Shown here: piece after piece, positions 48,901 to 60,981 of the stretch | How positions within the stretch are numbered: the stretch's first letter is position 1 | How the letters are laid out: the number at the start of each line of letters is the position of its first letter | Source: Pristiophorus japonicus | Taxonomy: Eukaryota | Reading direction: 5' to 3' | Assembly: GCF_044704955.1 (NCBI RefSeq) | Contig: NW_027254672.1 | Location: forward strand, 62,001 to 126,000 | Length of the DNA: 64,000 nt | The notes under the pieces: generated by a model | The model's database searches: none | What the model was told of the DNA's origin: nothing | Seen by the model: only the letters and a program-made list of their open reading frames with translations | Translations under genes and position numbers: made by a program

Positions 48901-51900
48901 GCCCCCGACAACCTGGACCATTTCCCTTACCTCAGGAGCCTCTTATCAACAAAAGCAGATGTTGATGCGGAGATTCAACACCGCCTCCAGTGCGCCAGTG
49001 TAGCCTGCGGCCACCTGAGGAAAAGAGTGTTCGAAGTCCAGGCCCTGAAATCTACCACTAAGCTCATGGTCTACAGTGCTGTATTAATACCCGCCCTCCT
49101 GTATGGGTCAGGGGCATGGACGATGTACAGAAGACACCTCAAGTCGCTGGAGATATATCATCAATGATGTCTCCGCAAGATCCTTCATATCCCGTGGGAG
49201 GACAGACGCACCAACATCAGTGTCCTTGCCCAGGCCAACATCCCCAGCTTGGGCAGGTCACTTAGTTTGCATGCCAGACACGATGCTCCCAAAGCAAGCG
49301 CTCTATGCGGCGCACCTTCATGGCAACGAGCCAAATGTGGGCAGTGGAAACGTTACAAGGACACCCTCAAAGCCTCCCTGGTGAGTGTGACATCATCACC
49401 GACACCTGGGAGACCCTGTCCGAAGACCGCCTTAGGTGGAGAAAGTGCATTCGGGTGGGTGTTGAGTTCTTTGAATCTCAACGCTGCGAGTGTGAAGAGG
49501 TCAGGTGCAGGCAGCGGAAGGGGCGTGTGGTAAATCAGTACCACCCCACCCTTTCCACGACGAATGTCTGTCCCACCTGTGACAGGGTCTGTGGTTCTCG
49601 TGTTGGACTGTTCAGCCACTAAAGAACTCACTTTAGTAGTGGAAGCAAGTCTTCCTCGATTCCGAGAGACTGCCTATGATGATTGATTGAGATAAGCATT
49701 TCAGGGAGAAGTAAATAGAGGGTTATCCTGATAGTTAGATGAGGGGAGACAGCGGTGAGGCTCGAGTGGAGCATAAACGCTAGCATGGACTGGTTGAGCC
49801 GAATGGCCTGTTTCTGTGCTGTAATCGATGTAATCATTCACCTCCATAAGACTTTACAATGCTTTATCCAGACCGTAATGTCCTTTGTACCATCTAGTCC
49901 ATCATTCCCGATTAGGACCTGGAATGCAGGGCAGTAACCTTCGAAACCTGTTCCAGCTCCACGTCCCCAAACAGTGATCAGCAGCCTCGGGATGTGAATG
50001 GTCCAATAGGACAGTGTACACTTTCAGTCTCAGTGCCGGGCAAGTCAGCATGTCTGCAGACAGACTGTATGACAGTGGTCCGGTATTTCTACAGTCTGGG
50101 ACCCCCTCCTGGGTCCCTCTGTCAAGTTGACGTGTTACTTCCCATTGGTGCTTGAACGACGGGGTGACACTCTTGCTGCCACATTTGGCCGGTGTGGACA
50201 TCATCATCATAGGCAGTCCCTCAGAATAGAGGAAGACTTGCTTCCACTCCTGAAATGAGTACTTTGGTGGCTGAGTAGTCCAATAAGAGAGCCACTGCCT
50301 CTGTCACAGGTGGGACAGATAGTCGTTGAGGGGAAGGCTGGGTGGGACTGGTTTGCCACATGCTCTTTCCGCTGTCTGCGCTTGATTTCCGCACGCTCTT
50401 GGCGTTGAGACTCGAGGTGCTCATCACCCTCCAGATGCACTTTCTTCACTTAGGGCGGTCTTTGGCCAGGGACTCTCGGTGTCAGTGATGGTGTCGCACT
50501 CTATCAGGGAGGCTTTGAGGGTGTCATTGCACCGTTTCCGCTGCTCACCTTTGGCTCATTTGTCGTGAAGGAGCTCTGCATAGTTCACTTGCTTCAGGAA
50601 TCTCGTGTCTGACATGCGAACTATGTGGCCTGCCCAGCGAAGCTGACCGAGTGTGGTCGGTGCTTCAGTGCTGGGAATGATAGCCTGGACGTGGACGCTA
50701 ATGTTGGTGCGCCTGTCCTCCGAGGGGATTAGTAGGATCTTACAAAGACATCGTTGGTGCTATATCTCCAGCGAATTGAGGTGTCTTCTGTACATCGTCC
50801 ATGCCCCTGAGCCATACAGGAGGGTATTACTACAGCCCTATAGAGCATGAGCTTGGTGGTAGAAAAAGGTCCTCCACCAGCCTGTCCTTGCCGCAAAGCA
50901 CTGTCCCCCAGTCATCAAGTTCCATGGCGTGGCCCCTGACAACCTGGACCATTTCCCTTACCTCAGCAGCCTCTTATCAACAAAAGCAGATGTTGATGCG
51001 GAGATTCAACACCGCCTCCAGTGCGCCAGTGCAGCCTTCGGCCACCTGAGGAAAAGAGTGTTCGAAGTCCAGGCCCTGAAATCTACCACTAAGCTCATGG
51101 TCTACATGGCTGTAGTAATACCCGCCCTCCTGTATGGCTCCGGGGCATGGACGATGTAGAGAAGACACCTCAAGTCACTGGAGATATATCATCAATGATG
51201 TCTCCGCAAGATTCTTCATATCCCGTGGGAGGACAGACGCACCAACATCAGTGTCCTTGCCTAGGCTAACATCCCCAGCTTGGGCAGGTCACTTAGTTTG
51301 CATGCCAGACACGATGCTCCCAAAGCAAGCGCTCTATGCGGCACACCTTCATGGCAAACGAGCCAAAGGTGGGCAGTGGAGACGTTACAAGGACACCCTC
51401 AAAGCCTCCCTGGTGAGTGTGACATCACCACCGACACCTGGGAGACCCTGGCCGAAGACCGCCTTAGATGGAGAAAGTGCATTCGGAAGGGTGTTGACTT
51501 CTTCGAATCTCAACGCTGCGAGTGTGAAGAGGTCAGGTGCAGGCAGCGGAAGGAACGTGTGGTAAATCAGTGCCACCCCACCCTTTCCACGACGAATGTC
51601 TGTCCCACCTGTGACAGGGTCTGTGGTTCTCGTGTTGGACTGTTCAGCCACTAAAGAACTCACTTTAATAGTGGAAGCAAGTCTTCCTCGATTCCGAGAG
51701 ACTGACTATGATGATTGATTGAGATAAGCATTTCAGGGAGAAGTGAACAGAGAGTTATCCTGATAGTTAAATGAGGGGAGACAGCGGGGAGGCTCGAGTG
51801 GACCATAAACGCTAGCATGGACTGGTTGAGCCGAATGGCCTGTTTCTGTGCTGTAATCGATGTAATCATTCACCTCCATAAGACTTTACAATGCTTTATC

Positions 51901-53775
51901 CAGACCGTAATGTCCTTTGTACCATCTAGTCCATCATTCCCGATTAGGACCTGGAATGCAGGGCAGTAACCTTCGAAACCCGTTCCAGCTCCACGTCCCC
52001 AAACAGTGATCAGCAGCCTCAGGATGTGAATGGTCCAATAGGACAGTGTACACTTTCAGTCTCAGTGCCGGGCAAGTCAGCATGTCTACAGACAGACTGT
52101 ATGACAGTGGTCCGGTATTTCTACAGTCTGGGACCCTCTCCTGGGTCCCTCTGTCAAGTTGACGTGTTACTTCCCATTGGTGCTTGAACAACGGGGTGAC
52201 ACTCTTGCTGCCACATTTGGCCAGGGTGGGCATCATCATCATAGGCAGTCCCTCGGAATAGAGGAAGACTTGCTTCCACTCCTGAAATGAGTACTTTGGT
52301 GGCTGAGTAGTCCAATAAGAGAGCCACTGCCTCTGTGACAGGTGGGACAGATAGTCGTTGAGGGGAAGGCTGGGTGGGACTGGTTTGCCACATGCTCTGT
52401 CTGCGCTTGATTTCCGCACGCTCTTGGCGTTGAGACTCGAGGTGCTCATCACCCTCCCGATGCACTTTCTTCACTTAGGGCGGTCTTTGGCCAGGGACTC
52501 TCGGTGTCAGTGATGGTGTCGCACTCTATCAGGGAGGCTTTGAGGGTGTCATTGCACCGTTTCCGCTGCTCACCTTTGGCTCATTTGTCGTGAAGGAGCT
52601 CTGCATAGTTCACTTGCTTCAGGAATCTCGTGTCTGACATGCGAACTATGTGGCCTGTCCAGCGAAGCTGACCGAGTGTGGTCGGTGCTTCAGTGCTGGG
52701 AATGATAGCCTGGACATGGACACTAATGTTGGTGCGCCTGTCCTCCGAGGGGATTAGTAGGATCTTGCGAAGACATCGTTGGTGCTATATTTCCAGCGAA
52801 TTGAAGTGCCTTCTGTACATCGTCCATGCCCCTGAGCTATACAGGAGGGTATTACTACAGCCCTATAGAGCATGAGCTTGGTGGTAGATAAAGGTCCTCC
52901 ACCAGCCTGTCCTTGCCGCAAAGCACTGTCCCCCAGTCATCAAGTTCCATGGCGTGGCCCCCGACAACCTGGACCATTTCCCTTACCTCAGGAGCCTCTT
53001 ATCAACAAAAGCAGATGTTGATGCGGAGATTCAACACCGCCTCCAGTGCGCCAGTGCAGCCTTCGGCCACCTGAGGAAAAGAGTGTTCGAAGTCCAGGCC
53101 CTGAAATCTACCACTAAGCTCATGGTCTACATGGCTGTAGTAATACCCACCCTCCTGTATGGGTCAGGGGCATGGACGATGTACAGAAGACACCTCAAGT
53201 CGCTGGAGATATATCACCAACGATGTCTCCGCAAGATCCTTCATATCCCGTGGGAGGACAGACACACCAACATCAGTGTCCTTGCCCAGGCCAACATCCC
53301 CAGCATTGAAGCACTGACCACACTCGATCAGCTTCGCTGGGCAGGCCACTTAGTTTGCATGGCAGACACGAGACCCCCAAAGCAAGCGCTCTATGCGGCG
53401 CTCCTTCATGGTAAACGAGCCAAAGGTGGGCAGCGGAAACGTTACAAAGACACCCTCAAAGCCTCCCTGGTGAAGTGTGACATCACCACTGACACCTGGG
53501 AGATCCTGGTTGAAGGCCACCTTAGGTGGAGAAAGTGCATTCGGGAGGGTGTTGAGCTCTTCGAATCTCAACGCTGCGAGTGTGAAGAGGTCAGGTGCAG
53601 GCAGCGGAAGGGGCGTGTGGTAAATCAGTGCCACCCCACCCTTTCCACGACGAATGTCTGTCCCACCTGTGACAGGGTCTGTGGCTCTCGTGTTGGACTG
53701 TTCAGCCACTAAAGGACTTACTTTAGTAGTGGAAGCAAGTCTTCCTCGATTCCGAGGGACTACCTGTGATGATGA
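42980..53775. repeat. Tandem array of five units (about 2.6 kb, then 4 x about 2.03 kb), each with an inverted pair of RTE fragments, a LINE tail remnant and a unique segment
   Basis: Marker gtaatcattcacctcca at about 43169, 45766, 47800, 49830 and 51862. RTE motifs DHFPYL, LLYGS..WT, LRWAGH and CPTCDR.C.S..GL.SH on both strands. Confidence 0.95.
52954..53712 (+). pseudogene. RTE LINE ORF C-terminal fragment (252 aa open)
   Basis: RTE RT C-terminus and terminal C2H2-like motif, followed by a (tga)n tail. Confidence 0.9.
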
Positions 53776-53899
53776 TTATGGGGCCTTGGAAGTTTGGACT
53801 GTAGTTGGTCTTGACTGCGATGAAGAATCCTCGCATATCGTGACTATCGGCCAGCTGCTGTATCTCCTGTGCTTTCTCCATCCACCACCTTTTTGTTAG

Positions 53900-55170
53900 G
53901 TCCCGGGTTTTTTGTTGGACCTCAGCCTTGAGCCGTCTGTAATGTTACTTTGCTGCTCCCATGTTGGGTTGTTGTTTGAGGCTCAGAAATGCTCTGCTCT
54001 TGTGATCTATTAGTTCTTGGATCACCTGATCATTCTCATCAAACCAGTCCTGGTGTTTTCTAGTTGAGTGACCAAGTGGTCACAGGCACTGGTTATGGAG
54101 GCCTGGAGGGCAGACCAAGCACTGTGGGCATTCAGTATCTCAGGGTTATCAAGGCATGCCAGGTTAGCTGTGAGGTTCTGGCTGTATAGGTCCATCTTTG
54201 CTGGGTCTTTAAGTGCCCCTGCATTGACTTTTTTGTGGCACTGCTTCTGCTGTCCCCTTCGCTTTGGGGCTTTTAAATGTCGATGATGGATCGGATTAGG
54301 CGCTGGTCCGTCCAGCAGTCGTCAGCTCCTGTCATGGCGCGGGTGATGTGCACATACTTGCAATCCCTGGCTCGGATGATGACAGTCGAGAAGGTGCCAG
54401 TGTTTGGAGCGAGGGTGTTGCCACGATACCTTGTATTTGTCCCTCTGGCGGAACAGGATGTTGGTGATGAGAGGTTCATGTTCTGGACATTTTGTCAGGA
54501 GTAGGGTACCGCTGGCTTTCTCTATCCCCTCGCTGCCAATCCCAGAGGGCTGTGTCTTTGCTGACCCTGACGTGAAGTCACCTCGGAGGATCAGTTTGTC
54601 GCCCGCGGGGACACGGGACAGGGATATTTCGAGGTTGGAATAAAAACCCTCTTTGGTCTCATCCGTTGCATCGAGTGTAGAGGCCTACGCAATGATGATC
54701 GTGGTGCATCGGTTCCGGGATAGGGTGAGTCGAAGAGTCATGAGGCGTTCGTTAACCCCACAGGGGGAGTCTTTGAGGTGGCCGACCAGCTCACTTTTGA
54801 TGGCGAAACCGACTCTGTGAAGGCGGCGTTCTTCCTCTGGTTTTCCGTTCCAGAAAAAGGTGTAACCTCCACCTTATTCCTTGAGCTGGGCTTCCCCTGC
54901 CCACCGGGTCTCGCTTAGGATGGCTATGTCGATGTCAAAGCGCCTAAGTTCCCGGGCGACTATGGCGGTGAGGCGTTCTGGCCTGTCGCTGTTGGAGTTC
55001 TCCATGAGGGTCCTGACGTTTCAGGTCCCGAACTTCATGTTAACAAAGTGAAAGATGCCTGTGTGTGAGTTCTTTTAATGTGGGGTGGTCGTTGCACACG
55101 GGCTTAGCTGAGCAAGGTCTTGGTCCATTGGCAAAGGGGTCCAAGACGACTGGAGACCAGGCACTGCTGT
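53900..55170 (-). mobile_element. RTE LINE 5' part (UTR plus AP endonuclease), internally deleted
   Basis: ATG at 55038: MKFGT*NVRTL...DIDIAILSETR...GYTFFWNG...VGFAI...NERLMTLRL...GDF. Confidence 0.88.
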
Positions 55171-55304
55171 ATGAGCCGAATTGCCTACAGCGAGATGTTG
55201 GCGGCAAGCTCGGCACTGAGTAGCGCCCTTGATTGTAGGTGTCCCGAGGCTTGGTTGGGGGCAGGCATTAGGAAGGTCAGTTGTCCGCTGGAGTTCCGAG
55301 GGAT

Positions 55305-55495
55305 GTTTTAAAAAGTTTCTTCCAAAGTTTAAAAAATAAGTTTTCTAAAATTATGTAACACTTTCTCCAGAGGTTTTAAACTAATTTCTCCAAGTTGTTT
55401 AAAAGTTTAAAAGTTTTCCCAAATTGTTTGGAAAGTTTCTCAAGTTGATTAAAAGTTTAAAAGTTGATTAAAAGCTTCTTAAAAGTTTAAGATGT
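55305..55495. repeat. AT-rich low-complexity tract (aaagttt motif)
   Basis: Directly visible. Confidence 0.7.
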
Positions 55496-55744
55496 AAGTC
55501 AGTAGTAGGTTACTCCCTTGGCACTGCTCCATGGGCACTGCCAGCCCTCTGCAGCTGCACAAAGCCCTGGGCAGACCACACCCGGAGCACCGCGGGGAGG
55601 TAGCGGCCCAGTCGTCCCCAAGGGAGCCCAAATGCCCGGACTCTGCCGGGGAGAGGCCCAGACATCACTGGGAAGAGGCCTGGATGCCATTGGGGGCCCG
55701 AGCGCAAGCTGGGTGTATTGAGCAGTAGTTTTGGGTAGTTCCGG

Positions 55745-56085
55745 CCCTGGAGTCCCTTCGGTCGGGGTGGACAATACTACAGTCAGCACAGTCAGCCGCT
55801 CTGTGGTTCACCCTGACAAGTGGATGATCCACACTGAGATCGTCCAGAATATCTTCAGCACTTTGAGGCTTACCAGATCGATGGACTTGCTCGTATCACC
55901 GGACAATCGCCAATCTGCTCGAGGACCTCAGGCAGTCAGGCGGAGGCTGGACAGTCTTTCGTTCTTTAGTTTCTAGATTCTGTTGCTCAGGGGTTGCCTG
56001 ATCTCCAGGATGCTACAGAAAATTGCAGCAGATGGTGATTCTGGTTAACCCTTTCCTTGCCTCACAAACCGTGTTTCTCATACAC
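55745..56085 (+). mobile_element. DIRS1-like retrotransposon remnant (RNase H / methyltransferase-like region)
   Basis: VDNTTV...SR...DKWMIH...IF...MDLLVSPDNRQ...LISRMLQKIAAD..VILV.PF resembles the DIRS DNTT / EW.L / DLFAS..N / LI.R.L.K motif series. Confidence 0.5.
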
Positions 56086-57217
56086 CCGCGTGTTGAATAT
56101 TGCCGGTCTGACTTCAGAAGCTCACAGGAGTCATTTCCAGATTAAAGACAAGCCTACTTTTTTTTAGGGAATCGTTATTTTTCATTCCAACATGCTCCAC
56201 ATACTGTTGGACACTGACCAACTGGTAATCAGGGTGAGAAGGGTGGGCCCTGTAAGGGAACAGACTCTGCAACTCCCAGGACAAATTGATCAAAGTCAGA
56301 GTTATTCACGGACACCAGCGCCAGATCGAAACAGCAAACTGCATCAGCAGGATCTGGATTTGGATCTTGCCAGCTTCTGATTGGTAGCCTGGCTGTTGAG
56401 ATGGCATGCCCATCAGAGTAGGGTGTACCCATGGGTAATAATCACTTTATCACGTCTGTCTGGTCACTTAAGCCTCCTTTCTCATCCTCCTCGTCTACTT
56501 GGATGGTTGCCAGCAGTGCGTGGGGAATGCCCAAATGAAGATCAGCTCCTTTGTAAGCTGTTCCCTTGTAAGCTCCTCTTCATTCTTCAAGTGACGGCAT
56601 TTTCAAGCTACCTGGTTGTCTCTTGTGTCTTTTGTGGAGGGAAGTGAATGGATTCTCCTCATTCTGGATTGTCTTTGGGTGTCAACAAACTGAGTTCTGG
56701 AGTGTGCTAAAAGTTAACACAGCATGGGAGCCGCGTAAATTGTGCCGATGCACCCCGATAATTAGGTCCCCATCCCCAACCGCCTCACCCCCCTTGAACC
56801 CTCCCATTTGGCCCATTAATGTTTAGGAGCTGATGTTTCATCCATTCATTGCTGCTGGCTCTGTAACTCAATTCCAATCCACTGAGCATGGCAGGGCCCA
56901 AAGGAATGGCAAATGAAAGGGGTCACAGTTAGCGCTTTCAAAAACAGATTGGCGACAGTGTTTGTGCAAGCCGGAATGACATAAAAGTGAAAACTCGGGA
57001 CAAGCCGCTGACGGGTTTCAAGTCATCATCGAATGTTGTCTGCTGGTACAGAGCATCTCAGTTGTGTGGGACAGGCTGGATGGAGCAGCGGGTCGTTTCC
57101 TGTCCGTCATTTATGTTTCAAGTCACGTTATTTCAACAACTTAATTGTGAGAAGTTTAACATCTGGAAATAAAGGTGCAATGAAGATTAACGAACTTACT
57201 CTGTGTTTCCTGATTTA

Positions 57218-59115
57218 CATAAGAACATAAGAACATAAGAATTAGGAACAGGAGTAGGCCTTCTAGCCCCTCGAGCCTGCTCCGCCATTCAACAAGGTCA
57301 TGGCTGATCTGGCCGTGGACTCAGCTCCACTTACCCGCCCGCTCCCCGTAACCCTTAATTCCCTTATTGGTTAAAAATCTATCTCTCTGTGATTTGAATA
57401 CATTCAATGAGCTAGCCTCAACTGCTTCCTTGGGCAGAGAATTCCAAGATTCACAACCCTCTGGGAGAAGAAATTCCCTCTCAAATCGGTTTTAAATTGG
57501 CTCCCCCATATTTTGAGGCTGTGCCCTCTATTTCTCGTCTCCCCGACCAGTGGAAACAACCTCTCTGCCTCTATCTTATCTATCCCTTTCATTATTTTAA
57601 ATGTTTCCATAAGATCACCCCTCGTCCTTCTGAACTCCAACGAGTAAAGACCCAGTCTACTCAATCTATCTTCATAAGGTAACCCCCTCATCTCCGGAAT
57701 CAGCCTAGTGAATCGTCTCTGTACCCGCTCCAAAGCTAGTATATCCTTCCTTAAGTAAGATGACCAAAACTGCACACATTACTCCAGGTGCGGCCTCACC
57801 AATACCCTATAGAGTTGCAGCAGGACCATCCTGCTTTTGTACTCCATCCCTCTCGCAATGAAGGCCAACATTCCATTCGCCTTCCTGATTACCTGCTGCA
57901 CCTGCAAATTAACTTTTTGTGATTCATGCACAAGGACCCCCAGGTCCATCTGCACCACAGCATGTTGCAATTTCTCCCCATTCAAATAATTTTTTTCCAA
58001 GGTGGATGACTTCACACTTTCCTACATTGTATTCCATCTGCCAAACCTTAGCCCATTCGCTTAACCTATCTAAATCTCTTTGCAGCCTCTTTGTGTCCTC
58101 TACACAACCCGCTTTCCCACTAATCTTTGTGTCATCTGCAAATTTTGTTACACTGCACTCTGTCCCCTCTTCCAGGTCATCTATGTATATTGTAAACAGT
58201 TGTGGTCCCAGCACCGATCCCTGTGGCACACCACTAACCACCGATTCCCAACCCGAAAAGGACCCATTTATCCCGATTCTCTGCTTTCTGTTAACCAGCC
58301 AATTCTCTCTCCATGCTAATACATTTCCTCTGACTCCGCGTACCTTTATCTTCTGCAGTCAGCTTTTGTGTGGCAACTTATCAAATGCCTTTTGGAAATC
58401 TAAATACACCACATCCACCGGTACACCTCTATCCACCATGCTCGTTATATCCTCAAAGAATTCCAGTAAATTAGTTAAACATGATTTCCCCTTCATGAAT
58501 CCATGCTGTGTCTGCTTGATTGCACTATTCCTATCTAGATTTCCCACTATTTCTTTCTTAATGATAGCTTCAAGCATTTTCCCCACTACAGATGTTAAAC
58601 TAACTGGCCTATAGTTACCTGCCTTTTGTCTGCCCCCTTTTTTAAACAGAGGCATTACATTAGCTGCTTTCCAATCCGCTGGTACCTCCCCAGATTCCAG
58701 AGAATTTGGGGAGATTATAACGAATGCATCTGCTATAACTTCCGCCATCTCTTTTAATACCCTGGGAGGCATTTCATCAGGACCAGGGGACTTGTCAACC
58801 TTGAGTCCCATTAGCCTGTCCAGCACTAACCCCTAGTGTTAGTGATTGTCTCGAGGTGCTCCCTTCCCACATTCCCATGACCAGCAATTTTTGGCATGGT
58901 TTTTGTGTCTTCCACTGTGAAGACCGAAGCAAAATAATTGTTTAAGGTCTCAGCCATTTCCACATTTCCCATTATTAAATCCCCCTTCTCATCTTCTAAG
59001 AGACCAACATTTACTTTAGTCACTCTTTTCCATTTTATATATCGGTAAAAGCTTTTACTATCTGTTTTTATGTTTTGCGCAAGTTTACTTTCGTAATCTA
59101 TCTTTCCTTTCTTTA
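57218..59115 (-). mobile_element. CR1 LINE, 5'-truncated
   Basis: Same family as 15001-17210; RT motifs and acataaga tail. Confidence 0.9.
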
Positions 59116-59862
59116 CACCTTTGTGCACAGATCATAGCAAGGAACAAAGGGGAAGGGTTGAGTTCTTCGATGGGGAGTTTTTGCAGACTGTGGATTGTCC
59201 TTGGGCTGAGCTACTGACTGGGTGAACTCTCTGAGCCACACACCAGGCAGGGCCCTGAGATAATCCTCAGTCTGCACATACAAACCTACAAAAGGACCAT
59301 CAGTAGATAAAGACTCTCAGACAGCATAACCTCGCCTGCTCCTGTCCCACCTCCAGTAATGCTATCTCTTGGAACAAACAAAGGAATGTGGCCAATTCAG
59401 GAAAAAAACCTCTGGGCAATTGCTCTACAACTCCCTGAGGTTCCAGGGAGAGCATTGCTGCTCCAGGAACATCACAATCTAAAGTGGCCTCTCACTCCCC
59501 GTAACTGCCAATGTCCGCTCAGAAAGTTTTCAACTTCCCCTGTAAAATAAATGAGTGTAGTGCCCCAACACTCACTCACCCTCTGTTACTCACCACATGT
59601 TGCACTCTGATGACTCTGTGACAAGCCATGGACTCATACAGCACGGAAGGAGGCCATTCAGCCCATTATGTCTATGCTGGACCTTTGCACGAGCCACACA
59701 AAAGTCCCATTCCCCTGCTCCCTCCCCACAGTCCCACAAATGGCTCCTAACCACCCGCTGCCCTCCCAGCACACATCTAATTCTCTCCTTGTTCCCTTCC
59801 CACAGCCCTGTAAGTGGCTCCCACACCCCCTGCCCTCTCAGCTGGAAGTGGTTTCCCTTCGG

Positions 59863-60807
59863 TGTTTTCGAAGCATCCCCACTTTACAATAGTTCTAACG
59901 CTGGGAATTATTACTGTACCGAACAGATGGATGAGTCAGGGATGGGTACCTTGGTCCGAGTACTGGCAATGCTTTTATTAAAGTTAAAACACACACTTGC
60001 ACCCAGTACAAACACACCCTGGTAGTGTAATAAAAACAAACGCAGTACAACACACAGTCTGGCCTGTCTAAGCCTACTGCGAAGTACCCACGTCTAAAAC
60101 ACCTCCCCTGAAAATCCCTAAGATATTGGTTGGGAGAACGCACGATACCCCCTCACACCGTGACTGTGATTTTAAAAGATGTGTGTGCAGAAATAATGCT
60201 CACCGATTCGCTGGCTTACTCACTGCTTCATCCGATGAAAAGGTGTCTCTTCTGGTTTCTTCTCTCCATCCCACATGGAGGGTTGGATTCTTGTCGAGGT
60301 GAAACAGCGATGCAAGAGAGAGAGAGAGTGACCACACGGCCTCTTTTATATCCCAGTACTGTCTGTCCTTTCAGGCTGAATAAAGTTTGTTTCGAGGCAA
60401 GACTTCCTGTGGGTGTGTCTTCTGCTTTTAGCTCAATAAAGTTTCTCCCTTTGTTTCGAGGTTTCCTGTTTTTCCAGTGATGGGTTTTGCTTCCGAGCAG
60501 TCTGGGGCTTAATGGCTTTCTATTGTTCTGGTCTCTCATCCAGGTAATGGCTCCATCACTGATCAGTTCACTTGACCAGTTCACATTGCTGAACAAAACA
60601 CAGTCCATTTGCTCATCATCTGCAATAAATTGCCTTAGCGTGGTCATTGTCTTCCCAGAACCCCTGCCCATCATTCTAAGTCCATCATAGCCGCACCTGG
60701 GCCCCTTCCAGCTTTTTCTGCGGTGAGAAAAACATTAAAATGCAAATCCTTGGGGATTAAAACGCAATGTCCAGATCCTTGGGGATTCGTTGCTTACAGT
60801 CCTTACA
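59863..60807 (-). mobile_element. Putative 3' LTR (about 945 bp) of the env-bearing element
   Basis: Minus strand: purine tract ATAGGGGAGAC then TGTAAG at 60807; TATAAAA at about 60350; AATAAA at about 59975; ends AAAACA at 59863. Confidence 0.6.
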
Positions 60808-60981
60808 GTCTCCCCTATGATATTTCAAGAGTCTTCGAGAACATATCAACGTCCGCTGGTGAGCAAGCCTCGTGGTTCCCAACCAATCCTATCCCTTTTT
60901 ACTTTTAAAACACCCCGAATATACATCCCTGAAATACAACCGTGCATCGCACTGTTACCATGGAGATACAGAACGTTACAT

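Noticed and set aside
55165-55225. Hairpin/pseudoknot at the RTE 5' end as an HDV-like ribozyme
   Set aside because: An 11-bp stem and a GCTGTA/TACAGC pairing exist, but the 3-nt linker is too short for that pseudoknot, and I could not fit the HDV nested double-pseudoknot core.
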